64,000 nt of DNA from Eledone cirrhosa (Eukaryota): assembly GCA_964016885.1 (NCBI GenBank), contig OZ024742.1, positions 267,468,001-267,532,000 of the forward strand. The letters run 5' to 3'. Positions 1 to 14,399 of the stretch are shown here, one piece after another. The translations under genes and the position numbers were made by a program. Numbering within the stretch: the stretch's first letter is position 1; each line of letters starts with the position of its first letter. The notes beneath the pieces were generated by a model. It saw nothing but the letters and a program-made list of their open reading frames with translations, made no database searches and had not been told where the DNA came from.

Positions 1-110
1 CTCACCCTTAACGGGATTTTCTGAAACTCAGAAGATCCCGTTAAGGGTAAAAGCAACGATTCTTTACTTAAACTTTAATCTGTTATTTTAATAAATAAAT
101 AAATATATAA
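1..110. repeat. Fold-back junction of dispersed repeat family E (other copies ~19210-19700 minus, ~33468-33875 plus, 34020-34050)
   Basis: CCCTTAACGGGAT..CTGA-AAC-TCAG..ATCCCGTTAAGGG hairpin; same sequence recurs at 19366-19400 (reverse) and 33718-33790. Confidence 0.7.
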
Positions 111-154
111 ATAAATAAATAAATATATATATATATATATAATTTTATATATAT

Positions 155-635
155 ATTGTTATACTTTGGGAGGGTCATGTTGCCAAAAAGAAACACACGC
201 ACCAGCTGCTTTCACTTCAATTTATTATAATAAATTTATAAATTTAGGAATTTATAAATTTCCGGTTGGTTGGTTGGTTCCACAACCAGATGGTTGTTTA
301 TATATTGTTAAAGTTCTTTCGTCACACATTCTGTGACCTCTTCAGTGACTGGGGATTCTTTTCTTTGTTTTTGTGCCTCTTCTTTGTTCTGTCCTACGCC
401 ATTTTGTTTCTGTGTGTGTGTTGTGTGCTTAGTCTGCGCATGCGCCACATCCGGATGTCTGTGTGTGTTTATATTCGTTTATTTATTTGTTTATTTATTT
501 GTTTATTTACATGTTACAGGTTGGTTGTTTGTTCTGTGTGCGTGTGTGTTTTCATTTTGTCCTTAATTGTAAGTTGTGATGTTGCTGTTCCACTCATGTT
601 TTCTATTTAATTTTGGTTGTAATCTTGCTAAACAA
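155..635 (-). mobile_element. 3' end of a Penelope-like element (GIY-YIG C-terminus plus 3' region with HHR-like core at ~310-350)
   Basis: Minus strand reads ..LQPKLNRKHEWN, matching ..RPKLNRKNEWN of the 16456-17970 element; shared terminus ATGACCCTCCC..AAGTATAACAA next to (AT)n. Confidence 0.7.
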
Positions 636-811
636 ATGTATATATATATATATAAATCAATTTTCTGTATCTATATCATTTTTAATATCTCGGCTTGCTG
701 CAGGCCAACCAAAATAGAATCTCTATATAAAGTCTGCACCGAAACATTCACTGATTCACTGAGCACTACCCGGGTCTGTGATCCCTACAGTGTCCTTGCC
801 ACAAACACTTC

Positions 812-861
<50 letters not shown>

Positions 862-1250
862 ATAAATTATCGAGATTCGCATTTCAGCCCATGAAATAAC
901 GAAAAACAACCTCCGAGATGTGCGGCAAGTGCTCAATGATTCAGATGAACCAGAGCTATAACAAACGTTAAAGGCCAAACACACTGAGACGATAGTTAAA
1001 CGATCATTCGTATAGCCAAAAAAACAACAAAAAACGATCAAGTAATTCGGGTATTGAAAATTTACCCGAACCCTGGTAGTTGGTAAAATCCAGTATATGG
1101 GTTTCTGCGGCTACTAAATCAAGTACCGTCCGCCTACATAAATAATGTCAGGCTTCTGGTAAGATGATTGAACAAGGACGCCACTTTCTCAACAGGTTTT
1201 AGTTCAATGTTAATACAAGGACTGACTATTGCTGACCCCACGTATACATA

Positions 1251-1280
<30 letters not shown>

Positions 1281-1285
<5 letters not shown>

Positions 1286-1815
1286 CAACTAGAGATTGAT
1301 TAACATATAAATATACATGAATAATCACAGGAGATAATTTTTGATTGCGTGTAACCACGCATAGCTAGTATAGGTAATATTTACCTTTAAGTGTGATTAA
1401 CCTTTCCTTGTATATATCCCATTAAAGAAATATATTTCACCAATTAATCAGATAGTAAGTCACGGAGAGTGGATATTATTGGATTGTCAACAACGAAAGT
1501 AATAATTTTCCAGCTATTCGTGCTTACAGAGCGAGAACAGATCTTCAATGAAGATTTGATCTCGCTCTGTAAGCACGAATAGCTGGAAAATTATTACTTT
1601 CGTTGTTGACAATCCAATAATATCCACTCTCCGTGACTTACTATCTGATTAATTGGTGAAATATATTTCTTTAATGGGATATATACAAGGAAAGGTTAAT
1701 CACACTTAAAGGTAAATATTACCTATACTAGCTATGCGTGGTTACACGCAATCAAAAATTATCTCCTGTGATTATTCATGTATATTTATATGTTAATCAA
1801 TCTCTAGTTGTTATA
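1281..1815. repeat. ~535-bp near-perfect palindrome centred at 1548
   Basis: 1281-1547 is the reverse complement of 1549-1815 with about two mismatches near the 1-nt loop. Confidence 0.95.
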
Positions 1816-1942
1816 ATATGCTCAGATTTATTTATCTTTGAGCTTAAATTCCCAGGATATATGGCGCATGCATTATGTCATGACACCCATGATTTCGATT
1901 TAGATTAAATTCATTTAATTCATTTATCTTAATTTTGGACTT

Positions 1943-2750
<808 letters not shown>

Positions 2751-2975
2751 TATATATATATATATATATATAAGTATGTACACGTACATACATATATGTA
2801 TACAGACGTAAAGTAGCATGTATATATATATACTTACATGCACACATATATATATGTGCGTATGGATTCACCGAACATTTATTATAATGCTCGGTGTGTT
2901 TGTAAACAAACATCCCGTATTAAGCCGTAGTGTCCAGTAACCATCGTTGCTCGTTTGTTCAACACTGGCAAAGGA

Positions 2976-3018
2976 ACGCTGTACTAGTTTCAAGCTTATT
3001 AGCTATCGTCAGCAACGT
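2976..3018 (-). ncRNA. Minimal type I hammerhead (family B)
   Basis: Reverse complement ACGTTG-CTGACGA-TAGCT(AATA)AGCTT-GAAAC(TA)GTA-CAGCGT. Confidence 0.85.
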
Positions 3019-3395
3019 ATACTTTCCTGCCAGATTGAGTAGCCCAATTTGCATATCGAGTGGGTTAATCGGCCGGGTGCACCGAAAACGATAAACGGAA
3101 AAAATGAAACAAAATTTCATTTTCCACTCTTAGTACGGCTGTTAGTTAAATATAAGTATGTACACGTACATACATATATGTATACATACGAACAGTAGTA
3201 TGTATATATATATACATACATGCACACATATATATACGTACGTATGGATTCACCGAATATTTATTATAATGCTCGGTGTGTTTATCGTTTTCGGTGCACC
3301 CGCCCGATTAACCCACTCGATATGCGAATTGGTCTACTCAGACGTTAATATGCATAAGGTAAGTATATACGTTCAACAATCTGGCAGGAAGCTAT

Positions 3396-3438
3396 ACGTT
3401 GTTGACGATAGCTAATAAGCTTGAAACTAGTACAGCGT
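3396..3438 (+). ncRNA. Family B hammerhead with C3>U substitution (probably impaired)
   Basis: ACGTTG-TTGACGA-TAGCTAATAAGCTT-GAAACTAGTA-CAGCGT. Confidence 0.7.
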
Positions 3439-3695
3439 TCCTTTGTCAGTGTTGAACAAACGAGCAACGATGGTTGCTGGACACTACGGCTTAATACGGG
3501 ATGTTTGTTTACAAACACACCGAGCATTATAATAAATGTTCGGTGAATCCATACGTACATATATATATATGTGTGCATGTATGTATATATATATATACAT
3601 ACTACTGTACGTCTGTATACATATATGTATATACGTGTACATACTTATATTTAAGTAACAGCCGTACTAAGAATGGGAAATGAAATTTCGTTTCA

Positions 3696-3809
<114 letters not shown>

Positions 3810-3832
3810 ATGTATATATATATATATATATA

Positions 3833-4186
3833 TATACATCCAGATATATATTGCTATTTCAGAGCTCCAATTCTAATTTTTAATTTTTGCCTGACCAACA
3901 ACCGCTCTGCATAATCAGCTCCTGATTATTTACTAGATTTCTATAAGAATATAACATCAATGATCTCGGTAGACAGGAGGGGTAGTTGGCCTTGATAAGC
4001 TTCAAGCAAAGCGAAACAAGACTTGTCGGCTTATCTCCCCTGCTTGCTGAGATCAAAGTAAGTGAATTTGTCACTACTTTAAAACAATAGCTTGCGGTCT
4101 TCAAAATGCTTTTAATTAAGCATAAAGTGTATTGCAAAATACATAATATATACATCCATATATATATTGCTATTTCAGACCTCCAA

Positions 4187-4193
<7 letters not shown>
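3833..4193 (+). mobile_element. Retrozyme-like monomer (316-nt period, ~45-nt terminal direct repeat) between (AT)n tracts
   Basis: TACATCCA.ATATATATTGCTATTTCAGA.CTCCAATTCTAAT at ~3833-3877 and ~4149-4193; internal HHR. Confidence 0.8.
3988..4031 (+). ncRNA. Type I hammerhead, U3-A8 variant
   Basis: GGCC-TTGATAA-GCTT(CAAGCA)AAGC-GAAACAAG(A)CTTGTC-GGCT; helix I extends via CAGGAGGGGTAG/TTATCTCCCCTG. Confidence 0.85.
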
Positions 4194-4279
<86 letters not shown>

Positions 4280-4754
4280 GTGCGTGAGCATATACTAACA
4301 GTGTAGACCGTCGTTGTCGGGCAAATTTCACCATAGAATGCCTTTTTTTCAATTTGTTTTATCCCATATCAGACGACGTCTTCCCCGTGCCTTATTTCCC
4401 GTGACTTATTCCCCGTTACCCGTTCCTGTGTATAGTCAATCATCACCGATGTAGTTTCTATTGAAATTTACTCAGTGGAGCTGTATGTTGAAGTCGTAAT
4501 ATGGTATATTGTATACTTTCGCCTGAACGTCTTCAAGTAAACATTGGGTGAGAACTGTGCGGATAACTCCCTGCCTCATAACGAAAACAATAACACTGCT
4601 GATGGCATGGATGAACGGAATGTTAAGGTTATGTTGAAACAATGCATGAGGCGATCTATAAAAGAGTCTCTTTAAATTTTCATAGTAACACTGATTAATT
4701 GTGTTACTATTTTCTAATTTTTTTCCTTCTTTTCTTCGGAATTACAAAACTCCA

Positions 4755-5035
4755 TCCCTTAGTGGTTACGACGTCGATTTTGCAATCGGTATGTTGTGAG
4801 TTCAATTCTCAAACAGGGTGGTGCTTTGTGTCTTTGAGCAAGATACTATTTCACGTTGCTCCATTTAACTCAGGTGTAGAAATGAGTGGCGATGACACTG
4901 TGCCAACCTGTATCCACCATTGTCTTTCCATTGGACAACAACGGTGTCTTGGAGAGAAGAGGCTGGTTTGCTGGTAATCTACAAACAACCTTGACTGGAC
5001 TCAAGGGTGAACTTTCTAGGTGCATATCCCATGAT
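4755..5035 (+). mobile_element. tRNA-derived SINE (related copies ~54920-55030 plus, ~7750-7890 minus)
   Basis: A-box-like AGTGGTTA, B-box GAGTTCAATTC, central GTGTC(T/C)TTGAGCAAGA(T/C)ACT..TTTCACGTT. Confidence 0.65.
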
Positions 5036-5479
5036 TGTTGTTTTTTTTTTGTAAGGGTTAAAATGTAACTTTATTTTATATAGAAATGACTTCTACAGTA
5101 CTAGAAGTGTATAATTCCTTTGAAATCACCAGGAACCCCGATACCCTTGGAGAATCAGCCCATCATTATATATACATATACGTTAGTAATTAAGAGTAGC
5201 AAGGCCATTATTCAACTTAGCACTCCATATATTAAGAAAGGAAAATCTAAATACTATTATAAAGATATGTCCCACACTCAAGGTCATACCATTTCGATGG
5301 TGAAAAGGAAAAATGAATCAAAATACGTTTGATTAATTGCCCAGAAGCGTCTGCGTAGAATCGAACCATGGATTATTTGGAAGCTGGGTAGGTGCCTTAA
5401 TCATCAACGTCAGTATGTCTTATGTCTGATGGTCGGTAAATATGCAATGAACAATTTCTTTCCATCATTCTCTATACAT

Positions 5480-6620
5480 AACCCTGTCTTCTAATGTATC
5501 ACGTAATTAAACGAATCGCTAGGTTTGCGTCTTGGTTCAGTCTTCTTTATAGTCTCTGCAGTAAAAACAAATCATTCATATTCAGCTCAGCAGAAATGTG
5601 TAATATTCACCCAATATATTGTAATTGTTTTCTCCCAATGTCTCATCGAAGGTTCTGGACATTTAATCGTTTCTTGTCCAGTACACGAGTGTTACTCACT
5701 TCCGTATTCCACATTTTAGAAGCCTCTATATTTCTTATACTATGCTTAGAAATGCGCCATACCTTGCAGCCGTATAGGAATACCATATGCACAGGCTTTG
5801 AGTAGCCTAATAATCGGAAAAAATATTGAGGTTATTCCGATTAATGTGAGCATAGTTCCTGACTGCATGATTACCCCGTCATTTATCATAACTCCTAGAT
5901 ATTTAAATTTCTGCACATATTCAATCGGCTCTCCATGAATTATCAGCTGCTAAATTTACGCACACCCGTACTAGCTCCCGAAGAAAAGTTTTCAGATCCG
6001 TTTCGACAAGCATCGATTTCATTAACGTCCGTATGCTTAAATGCGATTAATGATCATATCTTTTCCACTGACACCATGATCACTTTCTAATATTTAAAAG
6101 GCTACATCCGCATAAGTATTACATAACATCGGTGACAGTACACTGCTGAACCCTTTGGATACAATAAACAGCAGTCTCACAAATCGCCTTCTGGCTTTTA
6201 TATATGTTAGAGATGCTTCGGAGACATATGACGTTCACTCCTCGTTCGTCAAGGGCTGAGAGAAACCTCGAATGATCTTATATATCAAAAGCCTTTTGTA
6301 AGGCATTGAATGTAGCGTATATGGTAAGTTTTCTATTTATCCGACTCGTTATTAATGATTTTAAAGCTGTCACAGCTTCAATTATCCCGCAGTCGGACGT
6401 ATTTGAGGCTATTGATACCTTCATTTAATGTATCCATAATTTTATTTTGAATACATGAATAAGTATGACATATTAAAGCTAATTAAAGCTATTGTTCAAT
6501 GTTCTTTACAGCACATGGTAAATGGCTTTTTAGGACGTGATAAAATCTTCTTCAGTCTCAGCTCCCCCGTGTTGATAACCTCTAATTCCGTCGTTTCAGA
6601 AAACTTTAAGCGAAATGTAT
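5480..6620 (-). mobile_element. Heavily decayed RTE-like LINE reverse transcriptase 3' part
   Basis: Minus-strand fragments ..QKFKYLGVMI.., ..VFLYGCKVWRISK..IEASKMW resemble the RTE RT C-terminal region. Confidence 0.5.
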
Positions 6621-6871
6621 AATCAAAGCGGATGACTTAAGAGGCATTGGGAGAATTTGGTATTTAAAATTTGAAATATTTGCGTCTCAAAGCTGATGAG
6701 CGTAATAAAGGTCGAAAATGCAATAAATATATCAGCAAATATACAGATACGAATCGGATTGGCTAAAACCATTGGTGATTGATTACAAACCTTGAAATAC
6801 TCTGGAAGTAATATATTGAAGTAATATATGTATATTATACGTAAACATATTGTATATACCTTCAGATACAC

Positions 6872-6942
<71 letters not shown>

Positions 6943-6946
6943 TCTC

Positions 6947-6978
<32 letters not shown>

Positions 6979-7190
6979 GCTCTCTCTCTCATATATGTAT
7001 GATAAAAGTATGTGACCAAACCACGCAAGGGAATACATATATCCGTCTGTTGTATACCGGAAAACTGCATGGTATATTATTATGCTCTCCGCTCACTTTC
7101 ATGGTGATGTTTATAAATAATGTATATCCAAAGAGATTAGTTATAATATACAAAATTAGGTTTATGTGAATCCAAGCTAATTGTGTATGG

Positions 7191-7235
<45 letters not shown>

Positions 7236-7259
7236 GGGGGGTATGTGTGTATATATATA

Positions 7260-7304
<45 letters not shown>

Positions 7305-7920
7305 GTGGCTTTGTGTTTAGGATATTCGGCTCACAATCGCAAATTCTTGAGTTCGATTTCCGGGTCAGCCTTGGCACATTCTGTGTCATGCGGAATTTCC
7401 CTGAGAACTACGGCAAGGGTACGCATGTCAGTGGAATGGTCAGCCATTTGAATGTTAATCTCACAAGTAGGCTGTTCCGTTGATCGGATCAACTGGAACC
7501 CTCGTCGTCGTAACCGAAGGAGTGCCTTCATACATACATACCTACCTACATACATGCATACATAAGGTAAAGTAAAGACCCCTTAGTTCACGAATGACAA
7601 TGGGATTTGTACCTAGTAATTTCCTTCCGAGGCACAATCCGGGCAAGTTTGTTTGCGGAAGACTAGAAGTTGCATACAGGTCTCCGATGTTTTCCAAGGG
7701 AAAGCCAATTGATGATACAGCTTGGCACCAGTGACATCACTGCTCATTCATAGAGTTGAATGAACTGGAGCAACATGAAATAAAGCGCTTTGCTGAAGAA
7801 CCAATCCATTACCAAGTCTGGGAATCCAACCTACAACCTGCTAATTGCAATCCCAACATCCTAACCATTGAGTTAAGTGTCTTCACCCGCTACACACACA
7901 AACACATACCCACACACACG

Positions 7921-7975
<55 letters not shown>

Positions 7976-8239
7976 GATTCGAATCTACAACGTGCTAATT
8001 GCAATCCCAACATCCTAACCATTGAGCTATGTGCCTTCACCCGCCACACTCACACAACCACATACCCACACACATGTATATATATATATATTATTCAAAA
8101 TATTAATAAATGAAAAATATTCTCATAACAAAAATATATATTTTATTATACATATTTCAAAGGTACAATGGTGTTTAAGTACGTTTTCATCAGACAAAAT
8201 ATAAGACATATATATGTATGTATATATATATATATATTA

Positions 8240-8402
8240 TTAGAAAGTGAGGTTTTTTTACAAAATGAAAAAAAAAGGTGTCCTACACGAGTGAAAGTAT
8301 AAGAAAAAAAGATGAAATCTGAAATGCAACGAGACTTTTTTAATAAAAATATATATTTATTTGGTTCCTTTACCGGTTCCTCAGTTCTTCTGCTTTTCAA
8401 AA

Positions 8403-8462
<60 letters not shown>

Positions 8463-8830
8463 GGTGCGCGCGGCCGATTAACTCACTCGATATGCAAATT
8501 AGGCTGCTCAGCTGTTAATATGCATAAGGAAAGCATATGGCAGGAAGGTATACGTTGCTGACGATAGCTAATAAGCTTGAAACTAGTACATCGTTCCTTT
8601 GTCAGTGTTGAACAAAAGGGCAAAGATGGTTGCTAAACACTGTACGGCTTAATTCGGGTTGTTTGTTTACAAACAAACCGAGCATTATAATAAATGTTCG
8701 GTAAATCCATACGTACATATATATAGATATGTGTGCATGTATGTATATATATACATACTACTGTACGTCTGTATACATATATGTATGTACGTATACATAC
8801 TTATATATATATACGTACATACATATATAT
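8240..8830. mobile_element. Divergent composite: family C (minus, 8240-8404) + (AT)n + family B (plus, 8459-8830)
   Basis: Direct similarity to 2068-2236 and 3295-3650. Confidence 0.8.
8552..8594 (+). ncRNA. Minimal type I hammerhead (family B)
   Basis: ACGTTG-CTGACGA-TAGCTAATAAGCTT-GAAACTAGTA-CATCGT. Confidence 0.8.
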
Positions 8831-8906
8831 ATGCCCCAGCATGGCCTCAGCCGGATGGCTGAAACAGGTAAAAGAGTATATATATATATGTATGTACGTA
8901 TACATA

Positions 8907-8943
<37 letters not shown>

Positions 8944-8948
<5 letters not shown>

Positions 8949-9800
8949 TTAGTTAAGCAAAACAAGACCACAAATGTCACAAGGAAGACATTATTAAAAG
9001 ATTGTCAACATATTTTAGTTTGATGTAAGGAATATAGAGAATAATAATAATAATATTAATAATAATAATGTCCGTTTACAATTGTTTCGCTACTTCATAT
9101 AATATTTCTGGATCAGATGACTATATATCATAATTGATTTGGATCAGTTGAAAATAATTAACATATTTAAAAAACACAGTGGCTCATCGGAACTTCAAAG
9201 GAATATAAATTAAAATAATGGGATAATGTTACATAATGTAATGTTCCATATATTGGTGTTTACTATGGTGTCTTGGTTGCATCAGTTGTCAGCCATAATC
9301 AAGCAGTATTCATCTGTTGAGGCGGCATTGTGTGAGATCTCACACAATGCAGCCTCGACAGATGAATACTGCTTGATAATGGCTGACAACTGATGCAGGC
9401 AGATCTCACACAATGCAGCCTCGACAGATGAATACTGCTTGATTATCGCTGACAACTGATGCAACCAAGACACCATTGTAAAAATCAATATATGGAACAT
9501 TATATTATGTAACATTATCCCATTATTTTAATTCATATTCCTTTGAAGTTCCGATGAGCCACTCTGTTTTTTAAATATGTTAATTATTTTCAACTGAACC
9601 AGATCAATAATGATATATAGTCATCTGATCCAGAAATATGATATGGAGTAGCGAAACAATTATAAACGGACATTATTATTATTAATATTATTATTATTAT
9701 TTTCTACATTCCTTACATCAAACTAAAATATGTTGACAATCTTTTAATAATATCTTCCCTGTGAAATGTGTGGTCTTGTTTTGCTTAACTAATGAATATT
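8944..9800. repeat. ~850-bp diverged palindrome centred at 9337/9338, with a 66-bp tandem duplication in the right arm; HHR-like motif in each arm (9074-9193 minus, 9548-9667 plus)
   Basis: Centre TTGTGTGAGATCTCACACAA; arms are reverse complements with scattered substitutions. Confidence 0.9.
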
Positions 9801-9974
9801 TCCAGCTCTGCGCACCTAACTTCTGCATGAACCCAGCCACCTAGCTGCTTTCTACTGCATATTGCACATTGAGCACATGCCTTTACGCTTTGGCTTCTAA
9901 CTAACTCACCAATCTCTCCTCTCATATCTCCTCTACTATCTCCATCTCTCTCTTTAAGATTGGTTACCCCTGAA

Positions 9975-10006
<32 letters not shown>

Positions 10007-10694
10007 GTAAATATGCATATATGTACGTAAATATACTTAATATACCTAAATATACTTATATATACATGTATATCGTGCTTTAGCTGAGCCGTTAGAGTTC
10101 TATATTAAGTCCCTTAGATTTGTCCCGACTCTTTAAATCTTGGGTTCAAATCTTGTCGAGCTCAACATGGTATTTCATCCTTACGACGTGAATAAATTAA
10201 AAATATCCATGCTACGCATTTCTCTCTAACATTTACCGACAGTAAACAGACATTTTCGTCATTGGTCACATAACAAGCAATACGAGCAAGCAAACCACAC
10301 ATATATGAAATCCCATATTTATTATTAGATGTTTACAAACTACGAGATAGCACAGTCTATTTTATTACCATTATTGAAAATGACGAATATAACACAGCAA
10401 GAAAGGAAGAGAGGAAGAGGAAAAGAAAGAATGAAGTCATGATAGAAAGAGAAAAAATGATCGTTCGAAGATGTAGCATTCTGTTTTTAATGAAAATGAG
10501 TGAAGGCCGGGAGCGCTGTTCTTTGTAAAAATATTCAAATTAGCTGCTTAGTTCCCCTAATAATAACACATTAAAGTAATCGATCTTATTGATTTACTTT
10601 TTTCTGCTAAAATTATTCTTTTTCACCTAAACAGATCAAACAGTTAGCTTTTTTAAAATATTTATTAAAAATACATTTTTTGTAACATTTTTGT

Positions 10695-10695
<1 letters not shown>

Positions 10696-10747
<52 letters not shown>

Positions 10748-10886
10748 ATAATAATAATAATAATAATAATAGTAATAATAATAATAGTAATAATAATAAT
10801 AATAATGATGATGATAAGGATAATAATAATAATCTTATAGTTTTTTTCTTTTTCTTCATCATCATCTTCATCTTATTGTTATTCTT

Positions 10887-10920
<34 letters not shown>

Positions 10921-10944
10921 AACTACTACTATTACTACTACTAT

Positions 10945-10989
<45 letters not shown>

Positions 10990-11187
10990 GCCTTCATGTG
11001 TCTTGCTGATTTGCTTCGACTTTAACAAGCATGAAACATTAGGTGAGACATTAGGTTGGGAGAAACATCAGCTGTAATCCTGAACATTTTTCATTTTCTC
11101 CAATTAGAGTGTCCAATTGAGGAAATAACAAGGAGGACAGGACAAATATAAAGAAAATAACAAAATAATTAGATTGAGAGGAAAAAC

Positions 11188-11243
<56 letters not shown>

Positions 11244-11492
11244 TGCAGTTTTGTAGAAGTAGTAGTGGTGTTTGTAGTAGAAAAAGAGAGGAAAAGTTGA
11301 GAGAGAAAGAAGAAACGAAATAAGTGGAATTGGAATGCAGTCAAAATAATTTTTATTCACACACAAACACATATATGTATGTCTCTTTGTGTGGATGTAT
11401 GCATGTGTATGTGTGTTCCGAATATATATATACACTCATATACACACAGACACAGACACATACATACGTACGCACGCACACACACGCACACA

Positions 11493-11561
<69 letters not shown>

Positions 11562-11634
11562 ATATATATATATATAATTATATATGTATATATGTATATA
11601 TATGTATATATATATACATGTATATATGTATATA

Positions 11635-11680
<46 letters not shown>

Positions 11681-11696
11681 TATATATATACATGCA

Positions 11697-11763
<67 letters not shown>

Positions 11764-11859
11764 ATACGTGTACATTTATTTATATATACATACATACATG
11801 TATATACATATATATAGATATAGATATATAATTTATATGTATGTATGCATACATACATA

Positions 11860-11927
<68 letters not shown>

Positions 11928-11972
11928 CATACATATATATATATATATACATACACATATATATATATACAT

Positions 11973-12065
<93 letters not shown>

Positions 12066-12128
12066 CAAATATATATATATATATATACATACATACATAT
12101 ATATATATATGTATATATACATACATAC

Positions 12129-12217
<89 letters not shown>

Positions 12218-12255
12218 CGCGTGTGTGTATGTTTATGTGTGTGTGCGTGTGTGTA
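10696..12255. repeat. Compound microsatellite zone: (TAC)n, (TAA)n, (GTA)n, (AC)n, long degenerate (AT)n
   Basis: Directly visible. Confidence 0.95.
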
Positions 12256-14399
12256 TGCCAACAGCTATATGTGATTTTATGAATTCTGTATCGATATGAT
12301 CTATAATAACGTCTGTTCAGAGCTTGTTCTGCTATATTTCTTATCGGAATTGAAAAAACAGTTTTGTTAATCATAAACGTTAAAAATGGTTTTCTGCGAG
12401 TAAACATTTCTCATCTCCATTTGCTTTTTTTTTTTCTTTTGTCTCTTTATTTAATTGTCTATCGATATATATGCTAGACGTTTCATTAGTTTATATATAG
12501 TTCCTTAACTCATTTATGTAGGCATATGAACGATGTATCATATTACTTGCATTATAAGGACATGATGGGCATATCATTCCAATAAATTAAGAAGATAGAA
12601 TTTTGGAAATGGTAACCCTCCTAAAATGCTGAAAATTGGCTGATTCGTTAGAGTGTCGGATTAAATGCCTCGTTATTTATTCCGGTTTTCTACACACTGA
12701 GTTCAAATCTCATCTAGATCAGTTTGTGTTCCATCCTCTCAAGTAGCATTCAACTAGTTACGTCAGAGTCTCTTCTATCTCTCTATATCACGTTCCCTCT
12801 CATAAATTTTCTGAAAGAAATAGGCTGTGTTGACGCCTGTATAAGTATGTTCTCCACGAGTTTTAGATTGCGCAAGACATGCCATGTGTTACGACAGCGG
12901 CTCTACAATTCTATCAGGAAGACCTAAGATCAAGGCAACGACAGTAGAAAAGGAACTCCCTAACAACTGAAAGGAGGCAATATCCATACAAGAAGCTGGT
13001 GAATAGGTAGATGTACCGACTTCATAAGCTGGGTATTTACATTTCACTGAGGTAAAATTCGCCTTTCATTATTTTGGTATCGATAAAGTTATATGCCATT
13101 CCGTGATTGCCTAGAGAAATGTATTAGAATTCTTCTGAAAGTTGATTTTCTGAACTCAAATTTATTTGAGGGCGATTTTAATAGAAGGATCTGGAACTGG
13201 GGTGTATTTAGCAGATTTTTCGCGTGAGTAGAGTGTGAGTTGTTGTGTAAGCATGTGTGCACAGAATTGAAGCGGTCATATATACGAGTTTTATAATTGT
13301 GAATGCTATGCATGTACATATTGCGATGTAGGATGTTTTTTAATCATGAATGGTAGGGTTTTCTTTATGGAGCAAATGGAACGGTAACTGCTAAAAGATT
13401 TCTGTTAAATATGTCTGGTAGGAGACACTGCGAATCGTTAATTATGACCATCCAATTCGCACTATACAAAAATGAGCATTTATGCCGATTTTTCCTATTC
13501 GTTATATGCAAATGAGCATCTCGAGCAGCTATTAATTATATATTATCATATAGTATATGTTTATATTTATTTTCATGTACACCCTATTATGCTTAAACGC
13601 TCTCAAAGTGGTACCAATATTGTTTTTGTTATCTCACTGTTTGTTCTATATGGGTGCCTTTTCCTATGAATGGATCACTATAGGTATGTTCCGAATGGAT
13701 TTAGTCACCCACGTGGCATCGTTGTCATTGGGCAGTTCTATGGAAGGCGAGAACGAAAACCTGCGTTGGTTTCTATGCCGGTGGAATAATATCGATCTAC
13801 ATTCTCTACTATGATTCACTCTGAGCACTATAACTTGACAAGTTGAGTTGCTTTAGAGTGAAGAGTTGCTACTTTTAAGCACCCACCATCCAAACACCCC
13901 GGCAACCCATTTCCTATAATTGTCGAAAGCAGCCATGCAGCTTTGCGTCTGATAGGTACATTGTTTGGGTGTCAGTAGGACAACCTGTCGAAAGTTACTC
14001 TCAGTCTTAATTTGCCAATACTCGACTTCCAATACTTTTAGTTGGCAATTATTTCCGGAGGTCGAAACCAAATTTGGTTCAGGTGATGGGAACATTAGCA
14101 TCTCAACTCTTTCTTTATTAACATTTTGGAATTCTTAATTTTTTAAATTGTTATCAGCCTGTTTTTTCTGAATAGGGGTTGTTTTCCTATAAACGAATTA
14201 CTTTAAATGTGCCACGAAATGAATTGCCAGACATGTGGCTGCATTTCCATTGAAAGCAGTTCTATCAGGAGCAGGAACAAAACGATTGTTGGCTCTTGTT
14301 CATCTGGCATAATATTGAGCTAATTTCCCCACTATATATATAAAACCCACAAAAGCAGTGTTAATCTACAGATTATATCAATTGTCTAGAGTTTAGAAG

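Noticed and set aside
11324-12407. Long YI/HT/CV-rich ORFs here and throughout the window
   Set aside because: Translations of dinucleotide microsatellites
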